Made by a program: the position numbers and the translations under genes. Positions 31,483 through 41,252 of a stretch of DNA of 64,000 nucleotides are shown here, one piece after another. The stretch is from Ignavibacteriota bacterium. Its GTDB lineage: Bacteria > Bacteroidota > Ignavibacteria > UBA10030 > SZUA-254. The notes under the pieces are model-generated. The model worked only from the letters and a program-made list of their open reading frames with translations, had not been told where the DNA came from and did no database searches. The stretch covers positions 421-64,420 of the forward strand of contig JACQVI010000079.1 of the NCBI GenBank assembly GCA_016209795.1, read 5' to 3'. Each line of letters starts with the position of its first letter. The stretch's first letter is position 1.

Positions 31483-32643
31483 ATGAATAGCGAGGGAAGT
31501 TTCACACCCGGAGGCTCCTATGATGTCGTTGTGGTTGGGAGCGGACCTGCTGGTTCATCAGCGGCGCTCATATTAGCACAGAATGGTGTGAGCGTTATTC
31601 TCGTTGAGAAGGCTTCACTGCCTCGTTACAAAACATGTGGTGGCGGCATTGTTGGAAGAGCACTGAAATTACTTCCATTCAGTGTGTCACAAGCCATCAA
31701 GCACTATTGCTACACTGCTCATCTTAATCTTGTGGATGCAAATCTCAGTTTCTCCTCATCGAGACAAGAGCCAATTGTTGCAATGACAATGCGTGACAAT
31801 TTTGATTCACTTCTTCTTTTTGCGACACGAGATGCGGGAGCTATCGTTAAATCGGAATGCGAGGTAGTAGATATCCAGCAACAACCTGGTTCTGTGAAGT
31901 TGGTCACTACGCTTGGAACTATTCAAGCAAAATTTATCATCGCTGGGGATGGTGCGTTAAGTACAGTCGCTCGAAAAGCTGGTTGGCGAGAAACACGTAA
32001 GCTCATGCCAGCAGTGGAGTACGAGGTTTTTGTACAAGAGAACGAGTTACGGCGATGTCATCATACAGCAAGGTTTGATTTTGGAATTGTGCCACATGGC
32101 TATGCTTGGATGTTTCCCAAAAAAGAGCATCTCTCCATCGGTGTTTTAACCACGAGGAAGAACTCTGCTAACCTCCATCATGTCGTGAAGAACTACCTTA
32201 AGCTACTGGGCATCGTAAGAATTCCGAGAATTGAAAAACATGGTTTTGTGATTCCGATGGGTCTGAGAAAAGATGGGTTTGCAAGAAATAGAGTACTATT
32301 AGTGGGGGATGCTGCAGGATTTGTTGACCCAGTTACAGGTGAAGGGATTACCTTTGCAATCCTCAGTGGACAGCTTGCTGCGAGAGCAGTTATTGAAGGA
32401 AATTTTGATGAACAAAGCGTTAGACAGAATTACCTGACAACATTACAAGAGCGTATTCTTCCTGAACTAAGGATAGCTTCGTTTCTTTCAAACTTTCTTT
32501 ATCATCCGCAATCTCGGAATTGGTTATTTCGCAGGTATGGACGGAAATTTGCCGACGCTGTTACTGATGTGATGATGGGTGAAAAAACATATAAACATAT
32601 TGTTAGTACACCGCGGAGTTATCTACAACTGATCGGGGTTTAA
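31483..32643 (+). CDS. geranylgeranyl reductase family FAD-dependent oxidoreductase
   Basis: YDVVVVGSGPAGSSAA dinucleotide-binding motif. GDAAGFVDPVTGEGI. Confidence 0.75.
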   Translation: MNSEGSFTPGGSYDVVVVGSGPAGSSAALILAQNGVSVILVEKASLPRYKTCGGGIVGRALKLLPFSVSQAIKHYCYTAHLNLVDANLSFSSSRQEPIVAMTMRDNFDSLLLFATRDAGAIVKSECEVVDIQQQPGSVKLVTTLGTIQAKFIIAGDGALSTVARKAGWRETRKLMPAVEYEVFVQENELRRCHHTARFDFGIVPHGYAWMFPKKEHLSIGVLTTRKNSANLHHVVKNYLKLLGIVRIPRIEKHGFVIPMGLRKDGFARNRVLLVGDAAGFVDPVTGEGITFAILSGQLAARAVIEGNFDEQSVRQNYLTTLQERILPELRIASFLSNFLYHPQSRNWLFRRYGRKFADAVTDVMMGEKTYKHIVSTPRSYLQLIGV

Positions 32644-32725
32644 TGAATAAACAGCGACAGAGGTTGTTATCCATACCAAAAGTATGTATCTTAGATTGAA
32701 AACTTTTTGACCTAGTGGGGTAAGG

Positions 32726-33124
32726 ATGGTCATGATAGAAAAGGACCGGGAGATCAGGGTTGCTCGAGAATTTGCAATCTCTCTCGCCATGCCCGTTTTT
32801 ATTGTTGATCCAGAAGGCTCGCTGCTTTTTTACAATAAGGCTGTGGAGAAAATTCTCGGGCGACGTTTTGAAGAAACGGGTACGATGGGAGCCAGTGTCT
32901 GGTCGCGACTGTTTTATCCGACTGACGCAGATGGTGCTCCAATCTTTCCTGAAAAGTTACCACTTATGATTGCGCTTCATGAGCATCGCCCGGCTCACGA
33001 TCAATTCTGGATTCGTGGATTAGATAACGTTGCACGCGAAATTGAGGTGACAGCATTTCCACTTATCACTCAGAACAATGAATTCGTCGGAGCCATTGCG
33101 ATCTTCTGGGATGTCAAGCATTGA
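32726..33124 (+). CDS. PAS-domain protein
   Basis: 132 aa with PAS-like fold features. Weak call. Confidence 0.45.
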   Translation: MVMIEKDREIRVAREFAISLAMPVFIVDPEGSLLFYNKAVEKILGRRFEETGTMGASVWSRLFYPTDADGAPIFPEKLPLMIALHEHRPAHDQFWIRGLDNVAREIEVTAFPLITQNNEFVGAIAIFWDVKH

Positions 33125-33572
33125 AACCAACTCCACTGTGAACAAAAACACCATTGTTTCCCGTGTCTTGCTTGTTGATGGTATTCTGCTGCTCATCCTG
33201 GCGTTCATTCATCTCTTTTCAACTCCGCTTATCAGTAAGTGGCTTTCGCGAGAACTCACTGCCGAATCACTGAGCAATATCTCACCTCCATTCTTGTTGA
33301 ACCATTTAGTTGTCGGAGTTCTTCTTATTCCGTTTGGCATTAGCACGATGTATAGTGCATCCGGCGTACGTGCAGGTCATCCATGGGCTCGAGGCATTGC
33401 GATCACAAATGCCCTTGCTGTTCTGATCTTACCGTTGATCGTGGTTGTGTTGATGGGGCCGGAGTATTTTAATTCAAAACCATTTCTTGCAGCAACGGTG
33501 TTGATTACGGTGATAGGGTTGTCAATGTTTCTCACGCTCATCTGGTTAGCAGGAAAATCAAAAAATACATGA
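33111..33572 (+). CDS. hypothetical polytopic membrane protein
   Basis: Four predicted TM helices. Start chosen at an internal Met to limit overlap with the upstream gene. Confidence 0.35.
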   Translation: MSSIETNSTVNKNTIVSRVLLVDGILLLILAFIHLFSTPLISKWLSRELTAESLSNISPPFLLNHLVVGVLLIPFGISTMYSASGVRAGHPWARGIAITNALAVLILPLIVVVLMGPEYFNSKPFLAATVLITVIGLSMFLTLIWLAGKSKNT

Positions 33573-33630
33573 AGTAGATGATAAGATGTTTATCATCCTT
33601 TCAACAAACCTTATCAAGAAAGGACATACT

Positions 33631-34215
33631 ATGAACAAATCTTTCATTTTCGTCTTGATGAGTGTTCTGGTAACACTCCTCAGTCTGTCTCAGGAGAAAG
33701 GAAAAGAGGCGAATGCCAAAATGCCCTCTGGTTTCCGGGGAGAATTTCTCTATCAGCTCGATGATGTTTCAAAGAAAATCGTCGATCTGGCAGAGGCGGT
33801 GCCGACAGAAAAGTATACATGGCGCCCAATGGAAGGCGTGCGTTCGATTAGTGAAGTCTACATGCATATTGCCGGTGCGAATTACTTGCTCCCCTCGTTT
33901 GTAGGCTTCAAACCTCCGGCAGGAATGAATCGTGACATGGAAAAAACGGTAACTGAAAAAGCGAACGTTGTCAAGTTTCTGAAGCAATCCTTCGAGTTCA
34001 TTCGAAAGGCAATTATGGAAACATCGGATAGTGATCTCGATAAACCTGCGAAGATATTCGGCCGTGAAACGACGATGAGAGGAGTATTCTTTGAAATTGC
34101 CAATCACATGCACGAGCATCTTGGGCAATCGATTGCGTATGCGAGGATGAACAAAATTGTTCCACCGTGGACTGCCGCCGAGCAAGCCCAGCAGAAGCAA
34201 AATTCTAAAAAGTAA
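33631..34215 (+). CDS. DinB/YfiT-like (DinB_2) metal-dependent hydrolase family protein with signal peptide
   Basis: Start chosen at the Met preceded by AAGGA. His-triad region YMHIAGANYL...HMHEHLGQ. Confidence 0.6.
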   Translation: MNKSFIFVLMSVLVTLLSLSQEKGKEANAKMPSGFRGEFLYQLDDVSKKIVDLAEAVPTEKYTWRPMEGVRSISEVYMHIAGANYLLPSFVGFKPPAGMNRDMEKTVTEKANVVKFLKQSFEFIRKAIMETSDSDLDKPAKIFGRETTMRGVFFEIANHMHEHLGQSIAYARMNKIVPPWTAAEQAQQKQNSKK

Positions 34216-34237
34216 TTTCTTTATGGATGCTTTTATG

Positions 34238-34441
34238 GCCCCACGATTCATCGTGGGGGAAAATAAAAACCCATCAACGAACAGGGCTTTAGCCCTTGAA
34301 TAGGGTTTGCGGATTAAGGATTCCCCAAAGTGAAGAGGCTGTGTGAAAACGCCTAACTCACCCTGAATCCCTCTCTTGAAAAGAGAGGGACTCGTCGAAT
34401 TTGCTGCAGATGTTCCCCTTCTCTTTTTAAGAGAAGGGGCG
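34238..34441. repeat. cluster of short GA/CT-rich palindromic hairpins in the intergenic region
   Basis: Four hairpins: ccccacga-ttca-tcgtgggg (34240-34259), agggc-ttt-agccct, ccctctct-tgaaa-agagaggg (34369-34390) and ccccttctc-tttttaa-gagaagggg (34415-34440). Confidence 0.35.
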
Positions 34442-34531
34442 CGGGGATGAGTTCCGACAATAATCACACAAGCTCTGAAGTTTGGGCTAGGAAAGAACAA
34501 TAAACAATTTGTCTCACGTCAGTTAGTAGAC

Positions 34532-35365
34532 ATGACCCCAAATGTACGTCGTAACGAATATGACGTTCACGATTTTGAAACAGAAGTCATCAAGCGAAGT
34601 TTTGACATTCCGGTGCTCGTCGATTTTTGGGCTGAGTGGTGTGCACCATGTCGAATACTCAGTCCAATTTTAGAACGATTAGCCGAACAGAATAAAGACA
34701 AATGGGTTCTTGCAAAAGTTAACACGGAAGAGCATCAGGATGTAGCTGTACAATATGGAGTTCAGGGAATTCCGAATGTCAAGCTGTTCTTTGAAGGGAA
34801 AATCATCGGCGAGTTTGTTGGTGCGCTGCCGGAGTATGTCGTTGTCCAGTGGCTTCGTGAGAACGTTCCCAGCAGACATCGAACGAAAATCGAGCTTGCG
34901 AAAACATTGATTGCAGACCAACGGTTATCCGATGCTCAGCAGCTTCTGGAAAATATACTCACGGTAGAAGTGGAGAATCAGGAAGTCAAAGTTCTCCTCG
35001 CCCGAGTGCATCTGTTTACTGATCCGACCAAAGCAGCAGACTTGCTCAGGGACGTGGATGATCCACGACATGCCGAGCTTTCTGAGGCTCTCAGGACGTT
35101 GACTCGACTGTTTGATCTTCATAATCGCCTGGACGAGCTGCCTGAAGGGCTTTCCAAACAGACATATCTCAATGCTATTGCCGATATCCGTGCCCAAAAG
35201 TTTGACGCAGCGCTGGAGAAGCTCATCGAGATCATCCGCACTGACCGGTACTACGATGACGATGGGTCGCGCAAAGCGTGTATTGCGATTTTTAAGTTGT
35301 TGGGGGAAGAGCATCCCACGACACAAAAGTACAGAAGAGATTTCAGCAGCGCGCTCTACGTGTGA
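34532..35365 (+). CDS. thioredoxin-TPR protein (YbbN/CnoX-like)
   Basis: WAEWCAPC active site followed by a TPR-like C-terminal half. Confidence 0.8.
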   Translation: MTPNVRRNEYDVHDFETEVIKRSFDIPVLVDFWAEWCAPCRILSPILERLAEQNKDKWVLAKVNTEEHQDVAVQYGVQGIPNVKLFFEGKIIGEFVGALPEYVVVQWLRENVPSRHRTKIELAKTLIADQRLSDAQQLLENILTVEVENQEVKVLLARVHLFTDPTKAADLLRDVDDPRHAELSEALRTLTRLFDLHNRLDELPEGLSKQTYLNAIADIRAQKFDAALEKLIEIIRTDRYYDDDGSRKACIAIFKLLGEEHPTTQKYRRDFSSALYV

Positions 35366-35570
35366 GTTGACATTCATTCCACAAGCGAGTATATTTCTAA
35401 CAGTAAAGTAAGACCAATGAGAGCTGTGAATGGTCGGTTTGTATCTTGCCTCTATAAAAGAAATAAACGCAATAGCTCGTTAACACAATAGTTAGAAGGC
35501 GGCATTTTGCTCCAGCACAGAAGATTCGACACCAGATGATCAATCAATTACAAGCGTAAATCAAGCATTC

Positions 35571-37205
35571 ATGATGACACAGACATATATTCCGAGAGCG
35601 AACGGATGGAGGCAAACGTTACTGATATTTTGGTTTGTTTCTATCTTTCTTGAGTCCGAAGGAGCCCGTTCTCAGGACATCATCGTTGAAGAACACCCGA
35701 ATCATTACATACTTCTTGTAGATGCTTCCGGTTCAATGCTGTCCACAAAGGCGAAGGCTAATGCGCTTCGAAATATTTTGTTTGATACACTAAGCAATCG
35801 ACTTTTTCGTTTGGGTTTCGGCGAGAATATACCGCCTCTTGATCTCAATCGAGATTTCATCACCATGCATACTTTCGGAATCGTGGAGAAGGACTCTTCG
35901 CCAGCATATTTGCGACTCAAGGGTTATGATTTCCAGAAAGACTTTGTTCATACCATCATCTTGAGGGAGAGGTTAGTATCACCCCAGTACTTAACAGCAC
36001 GATTGTATCCGAATCGTTTTTTCGAATTGACAGTTCTTGGCTGGGCGAAGCAGTTAGGATTATCGGCATCCCGACCAGATTCACTAAATACGACCGCAAA
36101 CCGTACGTTCCTCATATTCATTCACGATGCAGAAACCAACGAAAGCTCTCTTGCTGAGGAGCTAATAATGGCCGAACGATGGTCCAACTCAGCAAGTTTT
36201 GAGCAAGCAAAGAGAATTGTCCGTGATATTGACCGCGACTACGGGTTTTATGATGCACAGGGGGAAAGACGGTGGGCTTGGCAACTGAGGTATCATTTGC
36301 CCAATCAACCAAGTCAAACCATATATCTCGAAGCGTACGAAGTTATTGCAGCTAATCTCCTGAAACTTCAAGGCGAGTCAAGATCAATACGTCCCTTCGC
36401 CGATATGAGGGTCAGATGGGTCAACGAGAAAAAAACGAATTCAGAAGGGATATTGAGCTACTCATTTGAAGAAACTTTTTTGACTTGGATTAACTCATTT
36501 CATCCGACCGAGATGACTGTTCACTTCAATTTCACGCGCAATACGACCTCATCTGTACAGCCATTTATCCCCTCAGCTGAGACTCCCTTTAAGTATTCTG
36601 ACACTCTCTCCTGTGATACGAGGGAGGTTAATATCGCATTCCAGGTTCCACTGCATCAATTGGACGCGTTGCTGGGAACGAGAAATATGCAGTTCGTCGT
36701 TGACCATTCACTCACGTTGCCTAAGCCTTTCCGATGCACGATAGAGTTCTTCCTGTTCACGTTGTCCACTGCCACAATTTCAATACTGCTGTTGACCACC
36801 ATAATTTATACAATCTACTTCAGATTCTTCGCAACCCATGTATTTCTTGAACTCCCTGGACTTGTGAAACCAATTCGAATTCGACGGAATACAGTCCTGA
36901 CCCAGGCAATCACCATTGCACCACAAACAAACTTAGAAGTCTTCTCCGTGCTCTTACCTCCCCAATTGATACAGAGACTTTTCTACCGACATGCTTCGTT
37001 ACTTATAAAGACCACCAATCAAGGTCTCTGCAAATGGCAAGATGAGGGAAGCGATTCAACAGTGATTAGACTACCACATAATAAGAAGCGAGTTAATGCT
37101 CTCTGGACTAATCTACCAAGCGGGCCAACAGTTGTTGCTTTGCTTTTTCGGCAGGCCCATTCTGAGTCACAACTCCACGTCGAATATCCAAAAGGAACTA
37201 ATTGA
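35571..37205 (+). CDS. membrane-anchored vWA-like domain protein
   Basis: N-terminal signal/anchor. MIDAS-like YILLVDASGSM (DxSxS). One strong TM helix (FFLFTLSTATISILLLTTIIYTIYF) before a ~130-aa C-terminal tail. Confidence 0.45.
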   Translation: MMTQTYIPRANGWRQTLLIFWFVSIFLESEGARSQDIIVEEHPNHYILLVDASGSMLSTKAKANALRNILFDTLSNRLFRLGFGENIPPLDLNRDFITMHTFGIVEKDSSPAYLRLKGYDFQKDFVHTIILRERLVSPQYLTARLYPNRFFELTVLGWAKQLGLSASRPDSLNTTANRTFLIFIHDAETNESSLAEELIMAERWSNSASFEQAKRIVRDIDRDYGFYDAQGERRWAWQLRYHLPNQPSQTIYLEAYEVIAANLLKLQGESRSIRPFADMRVRWVNEKKTNSEGILSYSFEETFLTWINSFHPTEMTVHFNFTRNTTSSVQPFIPSAETPFKYSDTLSCDTREVNIAFQVPLHQLDALLGTRNMQFVVDHSLTLPKPFRCTIEFFLFTLSTATISILLLTTIIYTIYFRFFATHVFLELPGLVKPIRIRRNTVLTQAITIAPQTNLEVFSVLLPPQLIQRLFYRHASLLIKTTNQGLCKWQDEGSDSTVIRLPHNKKRVNALWTNLPSGPTVVALLFRQAHSESQLHVEYPKGTN

Positions 37206-37220
37206 CATTAGAGGGATTAT

Positions 37221-39278
37221 ATGCAGGAAGCCAATTCAGACAAAACGGAAAAGCAAAGGACAAACGAAATCTCCTACTATGTAGCGCTCGATTTGGGGTC
37301 TGAGTCAATGTCTGCTTACTTTGAAGAGAAGGACTATTCTAAGTTCGATATGGTGGACTTGCAAGCACATGCAAAGACCTTGCTCGGACAAGATCCTGAA
37401 TACCTGATGGAAGAAGTTGAGAATCTTCAGAAGAAAAGTCCACGCCTGAGAACACGGATATTCATTCGCGACAGGAAACAGCCTTCAAGCCTATCGCTCA
37501 ATCATGCAAAATTAGATTTCATCCATAAGAACGGAACGAAACTCCCTGGTTACGATGAATCGCTCTTTGGTCTTTTCGCTGCACCGAACACATGGGTACT
37601 TGGAGGAATGATGCCCAATCCTAAAATCCCATTCCAATATGGTGCCCAAGAAATCATCCCGGAAGTGGAACCACAAGGCGGTGGAATAAAGGTGAAGCAT
37701 AACCCCGAGGTACTGATACAGCATCTCACTGCGCAGATTGTGCGTAATCTTGTGCTGTTGTCTCCCGAATTGCAAAACGTCGACCCTTCAAGCATTGAGC
37801 TTTTGCTGACAGTTCCGAATGTATATAGCTTACCTCATGTGGAAAGCCTCTGCTCATTCCTGCAAACGAACAGTGGCGTGAAAACCGTAAGGGCAGTAAG
37901 CGAGTCAGATGCTGCTGTGTACTTCGTGCTTGACCTTCCTCGAAATACCGATCTCACGGAGGTCAGCGAATTCAAAGGCAGAATCAGGAACAGGAAGGAC
38001 AAGGATTACTTGAGAATTGTTTCTATTGACATTGGACGTGGCACTACCGACTTGAGTGCTATTGAAGTGAAGCCACCACTCAACTCTCAAAGCCCACAAA
38101 ATCTGGTACGCTTGGCAGTCGTTGGCAAGAGTGATGGAGGAAATCGACTGAGTTACATTTTAGCTGAATACTTCAACAAACAGTTTATACATTTTCGACC
38201 AAGGATCGAATCGACCCTGGGAAAGAGTGTGCGATTCTCATTCCTTGAAAAGGAGCCGACCATTCCGACACCTTGGTCCGAGGCCATAGTAGCCTTAGAA
38301 ACCCTGATAGAAAGAATCAAGCGTTCTATCACAGAAAAACATTATGTGGGTTTGCAATCTGACCAGACAATTACAAACAGAATTCTCTCCAAGATCTGTC
38401 AACTAACTGATCCGAATTGGCAAGACAATAACGCTGACAAGTTCCAGGCACTTTTGGATGAGCTAACTGACCAAGGTTTTCTATCTCTGCCAGATTATTT
38501 ACCGCGGGGACTGCGCAGATGGTGGTGGCAAATTTTTTACAAGTCAAATAGGCTGAAACAGATACAATGTGACCTATCTATTGCAATTGAGAAATATGTG
38601 CAAGAAAATGTCTCAGAACTTCTTTCGCAATTAGTTCAAATGTACGCGGCTCGAGATGCTCGCTATACTTCCAAGGTTAGGTCTGCAGGCAAGGACCTCT
38701 TCGATCATAGGTGCACATTCGTAGTTATCTTGGGACAAGCAGCTCAGCTCGCTCCTATCCGATCGGCGATTCGCAGTAAGTTGTCTGAATTTGACTTCCC
38801 ATGGGAAACGAACATGCTTTGCTTGGACGGTCCGATTGCCAAGGAGGCTTGTTGTAAGGGTGCAGTTAGCTACGCCCGTTCGAAAGCAAAACTGACCAAT
38901 GATGACGAACTGATGGGTACATTTGGTATGCTTTCCCGTGTCACTCCGTTTGGGTCTGAGCAAAGTTTCAAAATGTTCAACATGTCAGAAATAAATAGCG
39001 CTAGATCAAGCAGTCAGGTAAGTTTCCCCGCTAAGTCCGAGGCCCTTCTATTCTATTCGTCACGTTTGTATACCAACGGTGAATCGCCAGGCCTGTTTGA
39101 TGGCTATACGGCGATCATCAAGACATTTGAAGGCAGCGAGTTTACATTCAGATATGACCGGCCAAATCGGAAGATTTATGTGAACGATATTCTCGTGGAT
39201 AAGCTTGCAACATACGGAGACATTCAAGAGTCAATCTACTATAAGGTCTGGCCGGAAGTGTTAAAACCGATGCAGTAG
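37221..39278 (+). CDS. Hsp70/actin-fold (ASKHA) ATPase, cytoplasmic, divergent
   Basis: Phosphate-1-like VALDLGSESMSAYF, connect-1-like VSESDAAVYFVLD and phosphate-2-like IVSIDIGRGTTDLSAIEV. No TM segments. Confidence 0.55.
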   Translation: MQEANSDKTEKQRTNEISYYVALDLGSESMSAYFEEKDYSKFDMVDLQAHAKTLLGQDPEYLMEEVENLQKKSPRLRTRIFIRDRKQPSSLSLNHAKLDFIHKNGTKLPGYDESLFGLFAAPNTWVLGGMMPNPKIPFQYGAQEIIPEVEPQGGGIKVKHNPEVLIQHLTAQIVRNLVLLSPELQNVDPSSIELLLTVPNVYSLPHVESLCSFLQTNSGVKTVRAVSESDAAVYFVLDLPRNTDLTEVSEFKGRIRNRKDKDYLRIVSIDIGRGTTDLSAIEVKPPLNSQSPQNLVRLAVVGKSDGGNRLSYILAEYFNKQFIHFRPRIESTLGKSVRFSFLEKEPTIPTPWSEAIVALETLIERIKRSITEKHYVGLQSDQTITNRILSKICQLTDPNWQDNNADKFQALLDELTDQGFLSLPDYLPRGLRRWWWQIFYKSNRLKQIQCDLSIAIEKYVQENVSELLSQLVQMYAARDARYTSKVRSAGKDLFDHRCTFVVILGQAAQLAPIRSAIRSKLSEFDFPWETNMLCLDGPIAKEACCKGAVSYARSKAKLTNDDELMGTFGMLSRVTPFGSEQSFKMFNMSEINSARSSSQVSFPAKSEALLFYSSRLYTNGESPGLFDGYTAIIKTFEGSEFTFRYDRPNRKIYVNDILVDKLATYGDIQESIYYKVWPEVLKPMQ

Positions 39279-39294
39279 CAGAAAGGAGTTCGAG

Positions 39295-41220
39295 ATGCAA
39301 ATCACCAAGCTGGTAGTATTAATTCTATTCTTGGCTATCGGGAACGTTTGTAGAGCGAGTCAAGACGAAGGCAGCCCCATCCTCTACAATTTTATGAGCG
39401 AGACCAATGTTTATCTCTGGGTCTCTCGAGCTGACCAACAACCAACAATCGCAACCATAAACAACGGGAAGTGGGACATCCCGAATACAGCACTGAATAA
39501 TCCTCGATGGAAGCAGCTGATTTCTTCGATTGTAAGCGGCGATTTTTCCTACCAAGATAAGTGGGCAAAATTCCTTGAGAAACTGCGCCTTGAGTATCCT
39601 GACACTACGTGGGCTAAACCGAGATTCCCGAACATTGAGATGTATGTTCGCATTCGTAGTAAGGATTCTGTTGCTGTTCAGATTCTGATGAGGCCTGACT
39701 TCTATGCCGAGTATGCTTTTGTCAAGAAGGAGACATGGGCAAAATCTGCAGATATCCCGACAGACAAAATATTGAACCTTCCGTACCGAGATCCGAATCT
39801 AACGAACATCTTCAACAAGGAAGCAACCGCACACAAGTGGGTGGATTCATGGCACAAATGGATAGAGTCCCGGATCGAGGAGCAAGACTCTATTCGTTCC
39901 ATAATGTATGCGGATAAAGATGGTAAATCCCTTTGGATCATCCAGGAACGGGTCACAGAAAGCAACTGGGTCTCCCGCTCAATGCGAAAGATGCCACCTA
40001 AACCAATTCTCATTGAAAAAACAGACGTTGTTGAAGTGAAGAAGACGGATGTTCTCATGTTACTTATTGTTGCTGCGTTTTCATTACTCTTAGGATTCGT
40101 TTCGCCGTGGCGCCTTTCTTTTATCCAACGTCTCATACCACTCCTATATCGAAGGAAGAAGCCCCAGATTCCAAACGTCGATGATGTCTCTTCGGGGCAT
40201 TTTGAGCAGCGTCTCACTGGGGTAAACAGGACTCGTCCAATTGTCGCAGAGAACAAGATTCAGAAGATCATATCCTCACAAGCTAACATAGAAAAGCTTT
40301 ACCAAATTTTCACAACGTATGAGAAACGCCAAGAGACCTTTTTGATTAATCTCCACGAGCAATTGGAGTCATTGTTCACCGAACTCCACACTAACACCTT
40401 GGAAGAATATGGTGTAGATGGACTTCAGTCTGATGAAGCTAAGCTGCTTCTAAGCTTAGGAACCTCCGCCAAAGAATGTCTTAGGAAATTGGATAGCTTT
40501 ATTGCCCAGGATCGTTTCCCAGCCAATCTGTTTTCGAATGATGCACATGCAACCTGGCTAAACGAGATTCCAGTGGTGTTGGTTTCGCTTAACGATCAAT
40601 TATCTAAAGCAAAACATCAATCCTCAGCGACCAGAGACAAGTTATTAGCGACTTCAGAAGAACTGAACCAAACGAAGAACCAGCTGCGAGAATTACAGGA
40701 TGTGAATAACCAGCTCGTTACTAAAGTCAGTAAGCTCGAACAGGAATATGGTAACATTCGCCGCCAACAGGAAGAATTGAATAGCCGCATGGAAGACCTA
40801 CACAAGGTAGAAAGCCTTGCTGTCTATTTAGAACAAGGCGAAGGGTATGTGCTCGCCCAGACGGATAACCCTGAGCAAGCTGCTATCGTCAGCTTTCTCT
40901 CCACGTACGCACTATTTCATCTTTGGGGGGCTACACTTAACAAACATTCAGAGAAAAGAGAAGTCATGCTTGCTAACATCTACTCTATTGCAGATAAGCT
41001 CAGATCATATCGTGGTTTTGATGTTGTTCTCAATGAGGTTGATACGACTGCACGAGCAGTGAATGAACTAGAGACATTACTGGGGAAGTCCCAAGAGAAA
41101 CATCATATTGCGCATCTGTTCCAAGTCTTACTGAGACGGCTAAGAGATATCAGTTCAGTTGACTTAGCTCCATATTACATAGGTCTTGATAAGTATGGGA
41201 AGTTATTCAAAGTAGCATGA
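39295..41220 (+). CDS. bitopic membrane protein with periplasmic N-domain and long cytoplasmic coiled-coil
   Basis: Signal peptide. Single TM (VLMLLIVAAFSLLLGFVSPW). Heptad-rich segment KAKHQSSATRDKLLATSEELNQTKNQLRELQDVNNQLVTKVSKLEQEYGNIRRQQEELNSRMEDL. Confidence 0.45.
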   Translation: MQITKLVVLILFLAIGNVCRASQDEGSPILYNFMSETNVYLWVSRADQQPTIATINNGKWDIPNTALNNPRWKQLISSIVSGDFSYQDKWAKFLEKLRLEYPDTTWAKPRFPNIEMYVRIRSKDSVAVQILMRPDFYAEYAFVKKETWAKSADIPTDKILNLPYRDPNLTNIFNKEATAHKWVDSWHKWIESRIEEQDSIRSIMYADKDGKSLWIIQERVTESNWVSRSMRKMPPKPILIEKTDVVEVKKTDVLMLLIVAAFSLLLGFVSPWRLSFIQRLIPLLYRRKKPQIPNVDDVSSGHFEQRLTGVNRTRPIVAENKIQKIISSQANIEKLYQIFTTYEKRQETFLINLHEQLESLFTELHTNTLEEYGVDGLQSDEAKLLLSLGTSAKECLRKLDSFIAQDRFPANLFSNDAHATWLNEIPVVLVSLNDQLSKAKHQSSATRDKLLATSEELNQTKNQLRELQDVNNQLVTKVSKLEQEYGNIRRQQEELNSRMEDLHKVESLAVYLEQGEGYVLAQTDNPEQAAIVSFLSTYALFHLWGATLNKHSEKREVMLANIYSIADKLRSYRGFDVVLNEVDTTARAVNELETLLGKSQEKHHIAHLFQVLLRRLRDISSVDLAPYYIGLDKYGKLFKVA

Positions 41221-41252
41221 TAATAGTTTATTAGATTTAACAAGAACTGGGA

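Noticed and set aside
34238-34272. Hairpin ccccacga-ttca-tcgtgggg as terminator of the dinB-like gene
   Set aside because: It is followed by an A-rich tract, not a T-rich one, on the coding strand. It is kept as part of the palindromic repeat cluster instead.
33769-34500. 243-aa minus-strand ORF
   Set aside because: It is antisense to the DinB-like gene and runs through the palindromic-hairpin intergenic region. Its composition is basic and low-complexity. It is likely a shadow ORF.
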